Assembly (NCBI GenBank): GCA_951406725.2
Contig: OX597815.1
Span: 138,756,001-138,820,000 of the forward strand
Direction: 5' to 3'
Length of the DNA: 64,000 bases
DNA from: Octopus vulgaris
Lineage: Eukaryota
The position numbers were made by a program, and so were the translations under genes. Positions 46,671 through 61,777 of this stretch are shown in pieces (positions within the stretch are counted from its first letter, which is position 1; every line of letters starts with the position of its first letter). Below the pieces are notes generated by a model, which worked only from the letters and a program-made list of their open reading frames with translations, was not told the DNA's origin and ran no database searches.

Positions 46671-47850
46671 TAAAATCATTTTATGAATTATTGCTTTATT
46701 GATGTCATTAGACCCACATACATACATACATACATACATACACCCACACCTACATTATATATACGCACGTACCGTGAACACACACACGTTTACATTTTCA
46801 GACATGTACAAAAGAACCTTTCATACAGACCAATACAGAGACACACACTTGCAGGCATCATACACATATACATACATACGCACGCACGCATGCACGCACG
46901 CTATTCAGTAATTAATTACCCTTCCAATCCATAATGTACCGCATTTATGTGAAACGTGCAATGTTGTGTTGTATAATAAAATATAGAAAAATTTCTGACC
47001 GTACCAACTGCTGTTAATCAATATAGTTTCAATGTGAAATCTACAAAATTTGAAAATTAGAAATAGTGTGATCATTAGGGGATGTAATATTGCACAATTT
47101 ATTGTCAAATCGGTGTCAAATGCCATAATATTAGATGTCAGCAAGGACGGTCAGATATTAAAATAATGAATTAAATCAACTCGTAACAAATCACTAGAAA
47201 GGGCATGGATAGCACTAATGTATACGTCATTTCACGTATTTATTGAATCCAGTAACCCATTGGGAATTAAATTAATGGCTTAGCTACTTCACTTTTAATG
47301 ATGCAACTCGAAGTAGATAAAACTATAAAACTATGTAAATATTGCGATATAAAAAAATCTATATCCCTGCTAGGATTCGAACTATAAATCTACTACTTAC
47401 TGCTTCGTCGTCTACACCACAGAGTAGCTGCAACTACTTTTCGAATAACTTTTTTCCCGTATACAATATACAATTTCACCTTGAAATCTATCTTGTTTTC
47501 CAGATAATTTGACAGTCATTTGGTGTTACTAATGATCTCGGTATGATGTTTGTCACGATAATTATTTTTCAGCTGTCTGCCGTTCATATTTAAGATATAA
47601 TAATTGGTCATATTTTGTTGTGAATTTCGAATCGAGGTTAGATCCATCACTATATTCATACTGAGTAGATTAGTTAATTGGGCTGAATCTAAGCCCCTAT
47701 CTATCTCTGAAACAAGTGGGAGTGTTGTGGAAATTCAGGAAGTAATATTAGTAGCGCAGGCAACCGATATGCAGTTGATACTTAATCACAGCCTGTTGGT
47801 ATGTTCCTAGTTTCGTCATTTCAAATTGGTACGTATAGTGTCTAGTTAGG

Positions 47851-48015
47851 AAGGCGGCAATCTGGCATTTCGTCGTTCTGAGTTTAAATTCCAGCGAGGT
47901 CGACTTTGCCTTTCATCGTTTCTGGGTCGATAAATTAAGTACTGATGAAATACTGGGGTCGATATAGTCGACTAGTCCCCTTTCAAGCCTTGTGCTTTCA
48001 GTAGGAAGGAATATT
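47851..48015 (+). mobile_element. Decayed SINE (same core as 1040-1600, ordinary tail)
   Basis: gaggtcgactttgcctttcatc...gtcgataaattaagtac...ctggggtcgat...gccttgtgc. Confidence 0.8.
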
Positions 48016-51000
48016 ACCTGTAGGTGAAATATTTATAACAGAAGACGTTTCATCAATGTTTCATCAAAGTTTTGCTGAACTCTTAGGAATCGAACATAGA
48101 AAAATTTTCATATACCAGTTAACGTAGGCTCTTAGCTATGAGCTTACGAAGCAAGCCTCAATTTTCCGATGCATCTGACGTTTCATTGCTTCTTCATAAT
48201 TATACAAGAGAGGAATTAACCTTTGTGGCCTGGCCATGGGAAATTTGCTGTAGGAATCAGGTATCATTATTGGTGGCCATGGATACTATCCATTTAACCT
48301 TCTGTAACTGCCGAACATCTAACTAAAGACGAGACAACAATGTTGAAATCTTAAGTCAACGAATGTTATAGGAATACGTAAAAGTTTTAAGACTGAGATT
48401 ATGAAACCACTAGTATGTATTGTCGTCTTACATTACAGAAATTCACATTGGATGTTACAACAAAAGTAATAATATTAACTGGCATCAAAAAAAGAATACA
48501 TATGCTTAATATAACCGACGTGCCTGAGAACAAAGCGAATACGGAATATCTATAAAAATATTACTTTACTTCTGTTGCATAAAGGAAAAATAGATATACT
48601 TCGCCAATAATATATACAATATACAACTAGTTTTCGTCTAACTCCTGGACAGCACTAATCAAATATGTGATCAAATGTATTATAGCCATGAAATATCTTA
48701 TGTTTTCCATGCCATTGAATTATCTAATACGTCCTTTTAACACAGGGAACTCTGATTTGAGGATTATTTGATCGTTATTTCTAAAAGACGCCCAAGTGAT
48801 TATGTAAGATGTTCATACGTTAGTGTGTATGCAGCTAATTTTATGAACGTAGCAGCCTTGAGGTTAAATAGTTAAATAGCATTTCATGTTTCTAACACAG
48901 CATTTCCCTTTCCGCAATGCAACGAGGGGAAAACACCTTTACTTTAATGTTGCTTCTAGCACTTGATCCTTGTGTTTACGCAGCATATTAATATTAATGA
49001 CAGCAAGGTATGATATAATGTAAACAATGTCATCTTCACATGTTAGGAACCAAAATTACATTCATATAGCTCTCTTAATATGTGTCCGATTTAGTAACAA
49101 AGAGGCTATACTGTCACTTATATTCTTTTAGAAAACATGAAAGGAAAAGAAAAACTGAGATGAGCTGCAGAGTGTCTGTCAGCCCAGTTATGTTTTTTGC
49201 ACTACTTTGTACATATGATAAACCATATTTCCGGCATTGTCAATAGTATAACAAACAGATTTGGAATAATAACATTTGAAAATATGATGCTTAATTACAC
49301 CATGCCTTATGATTGAATTTTTTATAAGTAAAAATTAGTTCATCAATAATTTGTATTGCACGTGATCCCATTATGTCTTGATGTATACTATTGCATACAG
49401 TTATAGCTTTCTTACAGATCACAATTCCTAAAAACATTTATTAGTTCCTAGTAACTGATATTTTCTTATGGAGCTCCATAAGAACGCGCTCGACATTCTA
49501 ATGACAATGGAATGTGATTTTGCCCGATATTTTTACTAAGACGAGGTATCACGTAGCGGTATCCTCATTGGCCCGTTACTTACTGGATTACAAGTCAAGA
49601 TAAATAGAAGAGGAAGTCACAATATCAGGACATATTAACTCTCGTGACTAAACAAGGTGAGACAATTGATGTCTTGAAGTTCTGTAGAGTGACTCCAACA
49701 GTCAAAGTAGGTGGCGTCACAACAACGTAGAGCAGTAATGGGCGGTAAGGGGGTTATTCAGGATCTGATAGGTGAAACAATACGGACGACGTATTAAGAA
49801 AACAATTGTTTTAAGTGGCGTTTGTTGGGGATGAAATGGGGGATGTTCTTTTAGAAAAAGAAGACGCAGACGGTAAGAAAAGCAGAGAAATGAATTGACA
49901 ATTTATGTAAGTTGGTTTGTGAATAATTGGCATCTAGCCGAAAGTTCTTCCTAAGTATGAGTACAACATTCCCAGATAGGTGAATGATATCTCAATGTGG
50001 TCATAACATGATATTTTAGAGAAGTTTCAAAGAATTCATAGTTAAGACATATCAAGGTGATATATTTCTGAAATTATGATTCATAATAAATTATAATCTA
50101 ATACATCTAACAGAATATGAAAAATGTGTTAATTTGAAAAGTTTTTTTTTATATTGTTACATTGACGCTTTCTGTCTCAGTTGTAATATATGTCTCTAAT
50201 AGAATTATTTAATCTTAAGAAAGCTTAAGCAAATATACAATATATATTTTACAAAAAAACAACGCAATCTGTCAAGAGAAACTTGATTATTACATTTTCA
50301 AATTATGCTTAAACATAAAAGTCAGTCTACATAAATATATACGACAAATTATTATGTACGCTAATTAATAGATAAGAGATCTGCGGGTACTCGCGAACCA
50401 GTCTTCGTATAAAACTGTATCAGTTTGTATTCTTTGTGTCAAAAGTGTGATCAGAGGCATGAGAAGCGCACAGACTGAGATACTTCTTAATCTCTTGAGG
50501 ATGGCATATATATACATATATACTCTTCTATTCTTTTATGTTTCAGAGAAAAGATATGTAATATGTGACGAAATATATATTAGTTCTGATTGGTTTGTAA
50601 TTTCTCCTGGAAATACAGGCTTTCTAGTATACCATACCTGTGCAATTATCACAGATTGAATCTGAAACATATAAAGACCTCCACGTACGATTAAGAAACA
50701 CTTCATTCCAGGATACTGGTATGGAGAGCAAAGCTGAAACCTTTTTTTTTTCTGAAGCATCTCACAGAGGACAGACATCAGTGTTTATTTTCTATCAGAA
50801 ATGCACGTATTAGTATTCTCACGAAATTATTAGGATAGGTAAACCTATGGACACATCTGACCTTAGGTTACAAAGGAAGAAAGTTAATTTAAAGAGGAGT
50901 GCTATTGTTCAGAATGAGGTGTTCTCTATCGTGTGGAGTTTTCATCTATTTATATAACATATAGGTTCAAAACTAGCTGCAAAAATTAACCAAGCAAACA

Positions 51001-51651
51001 GTCATTTACAAAGATCCATTCTGTGTAGCACACAATCTCTCCTTGGAAAATCGAAGGGTATTGAAAAACGCAGTTATCTAATATATGAAAGTTTTGGGGT
51101 ATTCCTCGTGTGCATGGGAATTTGCACTGTTAAAGAATGCGTTTTTGTTACTTAACACAAACGCAAACACACGCACACACTGGCACACACACACACCAAA
51201 CACACACATACACAATAAAGATACACTCAGATTGGTTTTGATTATTATCATAAAGCATTCATTACATATGTATCACTTCGGTGATATTTTTCTGTGTATG
51301 ATGTCCTGAAAAGCATCAACTTTGTATTTAATATCGATAGCATTGATAACGTTTTAAACACAAACAGTACAATTTCAATATGTTACCTTTAAATAATTCT
51401 ATACAAAAAATAAACTACATTAAATGATACATTCAACGGGCGTATATCTACATATAGTTTTCCAAGATTATACATACATACATAAAATATGTCTGGGACC
51501 TGTTTCTACTGCACAAATATGCTAGCTTCTGACATCTGGTTCCATCATGTTGCTTCTATTCCATTTTGAGTTCATCCCAGGTAACCACACCAGTGCAGCT
51601 TCATTCAAAGTGGTACCGAAACGAATTTTTGAAGCGAACAAGCCATTCTTA

Positions 51652-51652
<1 letters not shown>

Positions 51653-51717
<65 letters not shown>

Positions 51718-51970
51718 AATATATATATGAGCACGTGTGTGTTTGTGTGTATGTTGTATATATGCAGATTTATATATATATATATATATATGTAAATACA
51801 TCTATCTATCACAATCTATCTCGCTCCCTGTCTCCTCTCTCTCTATCTCTATAAATATATATACAAAGGTGTATGCATGTATGTATATATGTATACATAG
51901 ATACACACACACACACACATATATATATAAATGCATGTATGTATATATATATATACATATACATACATAC
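51653..51970. repeat. (AT)n/(AC)n compound simple repeats
   Basis: Direct inspection. Confidence 0.9.
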
Positions 51971-52568
51971 ATGACTTGCTTTGAAGTTTTGCATTCGGTA
52001 CAGTTTGTTTATTTTAGTAGTTATGGCCGCAAGGGCCCCTCCTAGCGTGCGGTATCTATGAATAGTAGTACCCTCTATATAATATAAATAAATATTTTCA
52101 AAGTGGAAAAATTTACGGATTTTTCTCTTACGAGGTTTTTCACGCTAACTACTGATAATTTTTTATAAAGATTTTATCCTCAATTTTAAATTTATATTTT
52201 TCACCGGAATAGTTCAATACTGAATTTTTGTTCCGAGTAAGCAATTTGTTACCGAAAAGCATTGCGAATACGCCCGCCATTTTCATAGATATGTAAAGAT
52301 AAACATTCGTACATGCTACGACGAATTCTACGGTTGGCTGTCGGGTTTGTAATGTTATGTTTTTTCTTATATGTCTTGAGTTTGTTGCACTGATGAGCAT
52401 AGAATGCATATTCTGTATTAATTGCGAAATCACAAGTGATATGTAACTAAATTATATTTTTAAATGACTTGCTTTGAAGTTTTGCATTCGGTACAGTTTG
52501 TTTATTTTAGTAGTTATGGTCGCAAGGGCCCCTCCTAGCGTGCGGTATCTATGAATAGTAGTACCCTC

Positions 52569-52577
<9 letters not shown>
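51971..52577. repeat. ~115-bp near-perfect direct repeat (51971-52086 and 52464-52577), period ~493 bp
   Basis: atgacttgctttgaagttttgcattcggtacag...gcaagggcccctcctagcgtgcggtatctatgaatagtagtaccctctatataatata; one mismatch seen. Confidence 0.9.
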
Positions 52578-52623
<46 letters not shown>

Positions 52624-54575
52624 TATATAACTATAGCCTAATAACAGTCTGATACGGCTGAATGCGACTTAAAATTTAATAAGCTCATTATATGAATTTA
52701 TCTCGAGGTGACTTCTGGATAAATGAGCTGATGTCATCGACAATCTAAATCCATTCATGGCACGTGGTCCTGGAAATACACCTTGAAATAAGAATTCGAA
52801 CTAATGGGTTGCCATATCCATAACACCATATCACAGGAGTGATACTTTTGTATTATCAGCGTAATCGTGGCTGACTGTATTGTTGAGTCATGCCTGAAAG
52901 AGCAACCAGAAACAGTTGTGGTCCCAGTACAGTCTCGTGAGGCACTCCGCTGCGAATTGATGTCTACTTAGGGAGAGCACCGTTGCCTGCAACTGTCTCT
53001 CTTCTATCCTTTAAAACGTCATGCATTTACGCTCCTAGTTTTCAAACCATACCAAGGTCACCCAGTTTGTGACATATCGTCCCGTGACCAACATTATTAA
53101 AGGTGTTGGCAAAGTCGAGATATATCACATCTACAATAAAGTGGTTGATCTGCTGTTTCAGTACCCAGTCGTAATGCTTTAGTAGCTGTGTGAGCCGGCT
53201 CCTCCCCGGGGCTTGCAGTTAGCAAACCATCTTCTTCAAACTCTGGACCTATCTTGCACCGAGGTGGGTTCTGTCGCAAAGTCGTAGAAGGCTTTAGGAT
53301 TCATTTTTAATGTATGAGACAAGTGGGGTAACACTAAGATGAATGAAATATACTTGCATCAGTCAAGGTCAATTGTATAATGGCACTGGAACGGAATATA
53401 TCCAGTATAGATATACATGATGGTTTTCGAGCTCAGACATTTATAATTTGTCCTTGACTACGTCATTGCTTATTTGTTACAGTGAAGTTCTCAAGTCAAT
53501 TTCTGCCAATTATTATCCAAGAAGAGTTCTTATAAAGTCATAAGATATAAAAATAAATAGATTTTATAGATTAAATGCTTGGTAATATCGTAATCAAAGT
53601 GATGCTAGCATTATTCAAAACTGGTGAAATTTGAACCTTAAACTCACAGAAACAAAACTAAATAATAACTAATATTTGTGCTGCTAACTCAATCTGTCTC
53701 TTAATTTTATCTCAGAAATATATGTATAGCGATACTGATAACTTAGTTCTATTGATTAGAGAATTGATGTCAGATAGATGTCAAAATTACTTGGAATTAT
53801 GTAGTAAAACTACGCAATCTAATGTCGGAACGGAGCAGTTCATAAGATAAGATATTATATGTCATTATTTCTGGATTTAACTCATGGGAATAGAGTTTAA
53901 TTTGATAATTCGTTTGATGCACATCTTCAGCGGCATACTGATTTCATAATTTAAAAGGACTTAAGAGATTTGATGTTGGAGAAATTATGTGTCTAATTTC
54001 CACACACTTCCCTATCTCATACCTAACTCACACATGTGAATGTACAATGCGGTTTTACGTTCTACTCCTACATCGATGCCTTTCGTAACGAATACAACTC
54101 GATGACATTAAAAGTATTAGGAAGTTGTGCTTATAAAAATATATTATATACATATATTCATGTTATCTTCATTGTAATCTAACGTAGGCTAGATAATCGA
54201 AATAATTAAATTTATCATGTGACAAAATAAGCATAGTTCCTTATTGGAGAAGTGATTATGGGGGAAGAAATCCTTTGAACAATGATTACAATTAGTAAGG
54301 CCACAACTTCAAATACAAGAATGGAAGTATTCGTTTGTACTTATACTGGGCGGGAATATAATAAGGATACGCTTTTTATATTATTAATATTCATTATAAC
54401 GACTTTGCTGGCTCCAACCATTGCGCTTTGATTGTGTTCGGTCTTGTTCCACGCGCACGCGCGCAAAGATACGTATACACGAACACGTATGCACACACAC
54501 AAACACTCATATATATATATATATATTTATGCATGCACACATATATGTATGTATGTATATGTCTGTGTGTTTGAG

Positions 54576-54945
54576 TGCAGGTATGTGTTGTAAGAAGGTT
54601 GTTTTCGACATGTTTTCAGGTTCAGTCCCACTGCTGGGTTCTGAGCAAGTGACTTCTACTGTTGAAGCTGGCGAACCAAAGCTTTATGAATGAATTTGTC
54701 AGGGGAATGTGGAAGAAGCAGCCTGTCGTATATATCTGAGTGTGTGTGCGTGTGCGCGAGTGTGTGTGTATACATATATGAGTAAGTTGTGTTTGTGTTT
54801 GTCTCCTACAATCACTTGAAAACAGTTGTCGTTTATTTACGTAACCGTAACTTAGTAGTTCGGCCAATGAGCCCGATAGAATACGAACCAGAACTAAGGA
54901 AGTATTAGGATAGACGTTTTTAAACTAAAACCTTTCAAGCCGGTG
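54576..54945 (+). mobile_element. Decayed SINE of the second family (as 38110-38640)
   Basis: gtaagaaggttg...ggttcagtcccactgc...gagcaagtg...accaaagc...gtcgtatatat..(TG)n..tttacgtaaccgtaacttagtagttcggc. Confidence 0.7.
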
Positions 54946-56067
54946 TTTGTTTACATTTCAAGTAAAAGACAACTACAGCTGTTATATATCTGTAGGTACA
55001 TGTATTTGTCTCTCTGTGTGTGCACCATAAAGGTGGATATATTATTCTTAACATACTTCTGTATGCCATAAACTGGATATCATTCGCTCTGGTATTTTGT
55101 CTCGAAGTAAGAATCTGACTGTGTAAAAACACAAATGACAACAACAAACTACCAGACAGAACTTTGATATGATTTTGCCTCTCAAGTTGTAGATATTCCT
55201 TCTCTCACTTCACCTAAGCTGGAAATGTTGTTCTTATGAGCAGGAAACAATAAACAATACATTCTTTTAGTTCAACACATCTAAGAGGTTAATAATAGTT
55301 CTATACGGTCGCAGAGTCGGAGTTTGTTTTTAGTTTGGTAGAGAGCTGGAAACTTTGAGAGTAACATTGCTGGAACAATTAACTCGATGAATGACGAAGC
55401 TTATCTTGTAGATAATGAAGCTGGTAACGTATTCCTCGTTTACGGTATAATTTCTGCTGTTGTTGTATTTTTTAAAGCTAAAAATGTACCAGCCAAAATC
55501 TTTCTGCGTTAATGGACAATTTAATATATAAAAATCTGAGTCATTCAAATATTTATGATAAGCAAACATTACTCATTTATGCTATAATAATATGTATATA
55601 TTTTCGGGCCTTGTGCCTAGAGTAGAAAGGAATAATATTTATATGTTTAACTCGAACAGAATTTAAGTGTCTTCTAGAAATAATTACGAAATAAATTATG
55701 TGGTTTGCAAATAAACCATATTAACCTAAAATTATTTTCGCATAGTCGGGTCGGGGCTGGGCATTTCTGGGTGGCGATATCAGACATAATTTTGTCTTCC
55801 TCGGCAAAGTTCAGTATTCTCAAAAAATTCCAAATTAACGATGATGAAAAAATAACTATATTATTATATTTAAATCCACGACGAACGAAAAATATTATCT
55901 AAAGCCTAGTAATGAAATTAGAGTTAAATGGGAAAGAAATAAAAACATTGATTTATTTTTCGAACGAAATTTGTGAGATTGCTCCTATGAATTGAAAATC
56001 CGTAAAGGTTAGTCCCTAGATTCTTGAAATTAATTATACTTTTAATATAAGAAAACTTTAAAGCGCT

Positions 56068-56275
56068 TAGCTGGCAGGATCGTTAGCACTCCGGACAAAA
56101 GCGTTTAGCGGCATTTCGTTCGTCTTTATGTTCTCAATTCAAATTCCGCCGATGTCAACTTTGATTTTCATCCCTTCACGGTCAATAATATAAGTACCAG
56201 TTGAGCACCATGGTCGATGTAAACGACTAACACCTTTATCCAAACTTGCTTGCCTTAGGTGAAAATTTGAAATCG
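56068..56275 (+). mobile_element. SINE monomer, first family, with an uninterrupted tagcggcatttcg site
   Basis: agctggcaggatcgttagcac...tagcggcatttcgttcgtc...ttcaaattccgccga. Confidence 0.8.
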
Positions 56276-56321
56276 AAATAAATTTTTCATAACTGATTTC
56301 AATTATCTCTTATTCTAATAA

Positions 56322-56532
56322 TTTCTAATAGAGGTACAATTCCTGAAATGTTTTTATCTATGATGGGGTGCGCGTAGTCTATTACTTTGACTCTAATATT
56401 TGACTGGTATTTTATTTTACCTGTTCTGGAACGATGAAAGGCAAAGTTAACTCCAGCAAGATTTGAATAGAACATCAAATGTCGGAATCAATCTGCAAAG
56501 CAATGTGTTCGATGCTGTTACGATTCAGCCTT
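56322..56532 (-). mobile_element. Decayed SINE in the opposite orientation
   Basis: gactggtattttatttt...gatgaaaggcaaagttaactccagcaagatttgaa. Confidence 0.65.
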
Positions 56533-57476
56533 TTCCTCTGAGATATGTAGCTTCTGAACAGTCTTACCAACAGCATGAAGGTTAATGAATACAACCCGTT
56601 CGAATATTATTTCATATCGTAATGATCAGGTTATTTTCTTTTTATATTTTTAATAACATGACAAAAATAGTTGGTGAAGTAGGGCATTAAAATTTCGAAT
56701 TCAATATATCCTTATTTTTACCAACATTATCTATATTTTTACTAAATGATTTTAGTTGGCATAGATGTGAAATGCAATTTTATCAGCTCTGTTTTCTGAT
56801 ATTTAATATCTTTTCTAGTAATTTACAATACTTATAAAATGATTACACGAAAGAAAAAAGCACTTCTAGTACAATGGCTAACATAGTAATTATTCTCTGC
56901 TTATAAGATTATATTAGTACTCAAACGTGCCTGGAATTGTCTCTCTTGAAACTTCAGTTAAATGAATATATTATTAGTTGCAGACAAATATTTTTTTCCC
57001 TCTTTGGTTAATTATTTTTAGTTGTATTTTATTGGTCCTTGTCGTAAATATATTAACATTACTTTAATTAAATTAATTAGTTTCAATTTTGATACGGGAT
57101 TCACATAATTTGTTTGCTACATGCTGCATTTCATACGTCAGTCAGGTGTCATGAAAACAGATTTCGGTCATATTCATCGTTAATAAAATATAACCGTGAA
57201 AAACTTAATTGGCACATTAACACTTGAAGGCTTACATCTAGGTTATTGATAGATTTTTCTCAATATATAAAACAATCTCGTGAAAGATGTTTGTATATAC
57301 AGTTTTACACCAATTAAGATCAACATTTTCATGTCATATATGTTACGTGCACTTTCATCTCCCATTATGGTGCCATTCTCAGTATATTGAAATACTGGAA
57401 ACTAAATTTTATGAGCATAATTTTTTAGCAGAATGATTACAGAAATTTCGTAGCAAACGATTCTTTCATTATATTG

Positions 57477-57556
57477 TATGTATGTATGTATGTATGTATG
57501 TATGTATGTATGTATGTATGTATGTATGTATGTATGTATGTATGTATGTATGTATG
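57477..57556. repeat. (TATG)n microsatellite
   Basis: Direct inspection. Confidence 0.97.
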
Positions 57557-58426
57557 CATGTGCATTATTCACTGCATGCCTTATAGGAGTATTTCATATT
57601 AAATATAGCTTTCAGTACATAGATTATCATGTAATTCGCCAATATGAAAACTACTATTAAGGTTTCACTAAATTCTTAATTAAAATTAATGTGAAAATTT
57701 TATTAATAATTTTGAATATATTCCCTTTTTATACTGTCTGGAGTTGATGTCGTTCTCGTCTTTTGAATTATCGGCAACCAATATATCTTTATGTTGTATA
57801 ACCGTTTAAAATCAGTTTGGCAACCAGCTTAATTTAAAGTAAAATATTTTGGAGATTTTTACCTTGCATACATTAAAGAAATAATCAATATTTTCTATAA
57901 GAGTAAATTGATTAAGATTTATAAAGATTAAGTTATAAAGGAGTTGAAAAATATTTGCTATATTAATTTAAGTTGCAGAGAAAATAGGTTGCTGCGTATT
58001 AATTTAGTCAATATACTTGGATATTGATGGATAGTCACATTAAGACTTTAAGGTTTCTTTGATCTTCAAAATTCAAACAAATTTATGAGATACTTAAAGT
58101 CTTAAATCCTAATGGAATTTTTTTGCCGAGCAGTTTTTTTTAAAAACGGCATCGTGTAACTTCAAATGTTATGGATTCCTGACATAAAACACTAACATAA
58201 GATTTAAATGTAATATTAGAATATTAAAAGAAATTTATATAAAATATATTTGTGATATTTAATGAGAAATCTCGAAATTACCTTTTTGCGTACGAACATA
58301 TTAAGTTAATCATCTACTCTGTTATATAATCATAACATGAATTAAAAAAAAAAATCTATTTGGGTTTTTAATACCCACGACTTTCTTTTCAACGATGAAA
58401 GACTACATTTATGCATCATGCAGTGC

Positions 58427-58535
58427 ATGTATGTATGTATGTATGTATGTATGTATGTATGTATGTATGTATGTATGTATGTATGTATGTATGTATGTAT
58501 GTATGTATGTATGTATGTATGTATGTGTGTGTGTG
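58427..58535. repeat. (TATG)n microsatellite
   Basis: Direct inspection. Confidence 0.97.
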
Positions 58536-59759
58536 GATACAGGTGCACATAAATAATTCATACTCATACATATATATGTCCATATCCCTGCACACTTATG
58601 TATATATATATATTATCTACATGCATGTACACACACACATACTTCCAAATACTTACACGAGCACACAAATTCACTGTAATTTTTTTTTATCATGGTATAA
58701 TATTTTATTGCTATTTTAATTTGGAACGCCAAAAACCTGACATTATGTACAAGTAAGTAACAATACTTCAGGCACATTACCTGTAGCCTTAAAAAAAGAT
58801 ATGTTATCGCATGTGAACGCTCTACTAGAATGTTCATAAACATACATATGTACAATTGAATGACACATAAAGCTAATGCATGCTTTTTAAGCATATATCC
58901 AAAATGATGCAACCTATATTTAATAATATCTGAATGCATGACACTTGGTAACTTATTGACTATAACAAATTTAATAGCCTCAGGCTTCTGTCAGAAATGA
59001 CATGTAGAACATTATTCAAAAGTGATTTGACATAATGCCTTACTATTTTCAAAATGCAATTACTGTAGATCACCAGGTAAATATTGCCTTTTCACACAAG
59101 ATATTAAACTTTTCACTGTGTCTAGACAGTGCAATTGAAGTATATTGTCTGGGCATAATCAAGAAAGTGAGACAGTGAAATTCATGTATATCTTAAGGGC
59201 ATAGTAAACAAACTGACGCAGGGAATATTGTTCTAGATACACCTAAAATGTGGGTTGGTAACGGCCGATATACCATTTATAAAAGATCTGCCCAATGACA
59301 TTTGTCTTGGGGATTAACACCAAGAGCAGTGATAACACACGTAATGCCTCATACTTCTGTCTCATCTACTGTTGCTTTAACGATTACAGCTCTTCTCATC
59401 AAAGAAACTGTCCCTTAAGTAACACTCCACTTGTGATTATCTATGCTTCTTTTCCGACCTTTTATCTAAGGTTATCCAGTAATATTCATTCATTATTATT
59501 ATAGAAGTATGGATTTTGATATTTGGTTGCTATTTCTAGCATGTGGACCATACCTGTTGAGGCTCAGTTGTTGACACAGAAAACTTACTTCATAGTCAAA
59601 TCTTTCCACCGTTTTCAAGGAAGAACTCTCCGATTATATAGGAAGCTCTCACCCAAATTACAGCCTTAATGTTCCATCTCCAACTACTTCATCAGTTTAT
59701 CTCGTAGGTAGTATTAGATAAAAGTGTTCTACAGAAAGTAGGTATAACTGATAAACATT

Positions 59760-60740
59760 GACAAATGATAGATACCAAACACATTCAAATTTTCGTTATT
59801 GAATTTTTGAGGAAGGAAATTTCTTAAAGAACATGAAACCAGCATTCAAGACAAACGCCGCAGTGGAACACCATTAACTGTAACTCCCAGTGAACGAATT
59901 GATTCTCACAGACAGATGTATCATAATCTACGAGCGCGCTGCACAATTGGACTATGGACAGAGTGCATTGCAAAAGGTGGTGGGAGACATTAAGCATCCG
60001 AAAGGTTGTGCAAATAGGTAACACTGCAGTTGATACATTATTTGGAGGAAGGAGTAGGGTGGAGATCTGCTCGGATTTGGTGAAAGCGTTTTCATCCAAT
60101 GAAGAGACGCTTTTTGTTTTTCATATATTGTCACATAGAGTCAAGGAAACGTGGGCGTAACTTTATGATTCGGTAACGAAATCTATGTTCATTGAAAGGT
60201 GTCACACGTCTTCGTCAACGTCTAAGAAGTTTGAGAACCAGCTATTGGCACAAAAAGCGTTTTGGAATGACAAGAAAGTAATATTCCTTAATTTTCTAGA
60301 ACATACCTGTATCATGAAAGAAAGTGTTATCTTGATACACATAAAATGCTCAGAGATGCTATTAGGGGGAACAGACTGAAGAAGAATCTTGAAACAATCC
60401 AAATTCACCTTGAAAATGCGCAACGACTCATCTTTTGCAACGAATAATGCAAACTAATTGTACTGGTTAGTGGTTCCCTATCCCTCATACAAATGCTGCT
60501 CTGGCGCACTCTCCAACTCAACCATTTCCTTTCAGTGAAAGAAAGGCTTCAGTGACAACAATTTGTTGACATCACAAGGTGAAATTAGCAGTGAAAAAGT
60601 GCGTGCAACAGTGCACACCTGAATTGTTTCAAAGAGATTTTGAGAGTTGGTCTCAGTGATGGCGTAACTGCATAGATTTTGATTGAGACAATTTTGAAGT
60701 AGTAGCTTTGTACAGAGAAAGAGGTATAATACTATCACGA
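59760..60740 (+). mobile_element. Decayed mariner (DD34D-type) transposase
   Basis: ETSIQDKRRSGTP; KVCANR.TLQL (~KVCARWVP..L); ETW; KKFENQLLAQK AFWNDKKVIFLNFLE (~KKFK.Q.SAGK..VFWD..GVI..DFL); a PYPSY..LA-like segment (~PHPPYSPDLAP) near 60475. TIRs not identified. Confidence 0.75.
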
Positions 60741-61742
60741 AACATCAATTAAAATATAAAAGAAATATGCCTATTTTTGCATTAGTTTCGGTGTAACATT
60801 CATACAATAAAATGTACACATTCACGTAAAAATATTACATGCAGATAAACACACACACGCGCGCACGCACGCTCGCACACACATACACACATTCACACAC
60901 ACACATAAATACATATTGGAAATTACCAAAATCCTTGTACTATTCATATCCCGTGTAAACGAAAGGATGCACAAATAAACATCCCTCGTAAGCTTGGCGT
61001 TTAAGAGAAGAAGCCAACAATATCAGACACTACAAACAGCAGGAAACTGAAATTCGTATCCCTGCAAGTTACACATTAAGTATACTCTCACAGCGTTTAC
61101 ACAGACAAAAATATTTAAAAATTGAAAATTTCCTGGGTATATTGCAGAAAGAAGTAAACCAAATAAAATAAGGTATCCCATGGAGTTTTCTCTTCAAAAT
61201 ATAGAGATACTGCAATAATACCCACCCTCGTAAGGTCAATATCAGTTACAGTAGTTTATAAAACTAGGCCAGCCTAAGGAACTTGTTGAAAATAATCACT
61301 TTGTTGTGCTGCAGATAACTAATAATAAATGCAAATTAACTGCAATTCTCATGTTCTGATCAAGTCTACCTTGTTTGTGACTAAACAAAAATGCACAGAT
61401 GTATTACCTGCTCAAAGAAGAATCTACTCAACTGAAACTACACCACATCTGTCGACGACAAAATAACGAAATATGATGCTATCACGAGCTAAGCGGTGAT
61501 ATAGATTCTTTAAAGCTATGGATCTGTGGAATAAGATCCTAGCTATTTGTTTTGTTACATACCATACGGCTGTTCCATCGCAACCGCGATGAACAATGCA
61601 ATGGACAAGTACAGCAATCTGTCTACCACTAAACTAAACTTTTTCGCGCTCTAATGTCTTAAAAAAAAAGGAATAATAATTCGCTGGGAGATGACCGGAC
61701 CTAAGATCGCAGAAAAAGAAGACTCACTTTCAATCGTAATTC

Positions 61743-61744
<2 letters not shown>

Positions 61745-61775
<31 letters not shown>
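61745..61775. repeat. (TG)n microsatellite
   Basis: Direct inspection. Confidence 0.95.
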
Positions 61776-61777
<2 letters not shown>

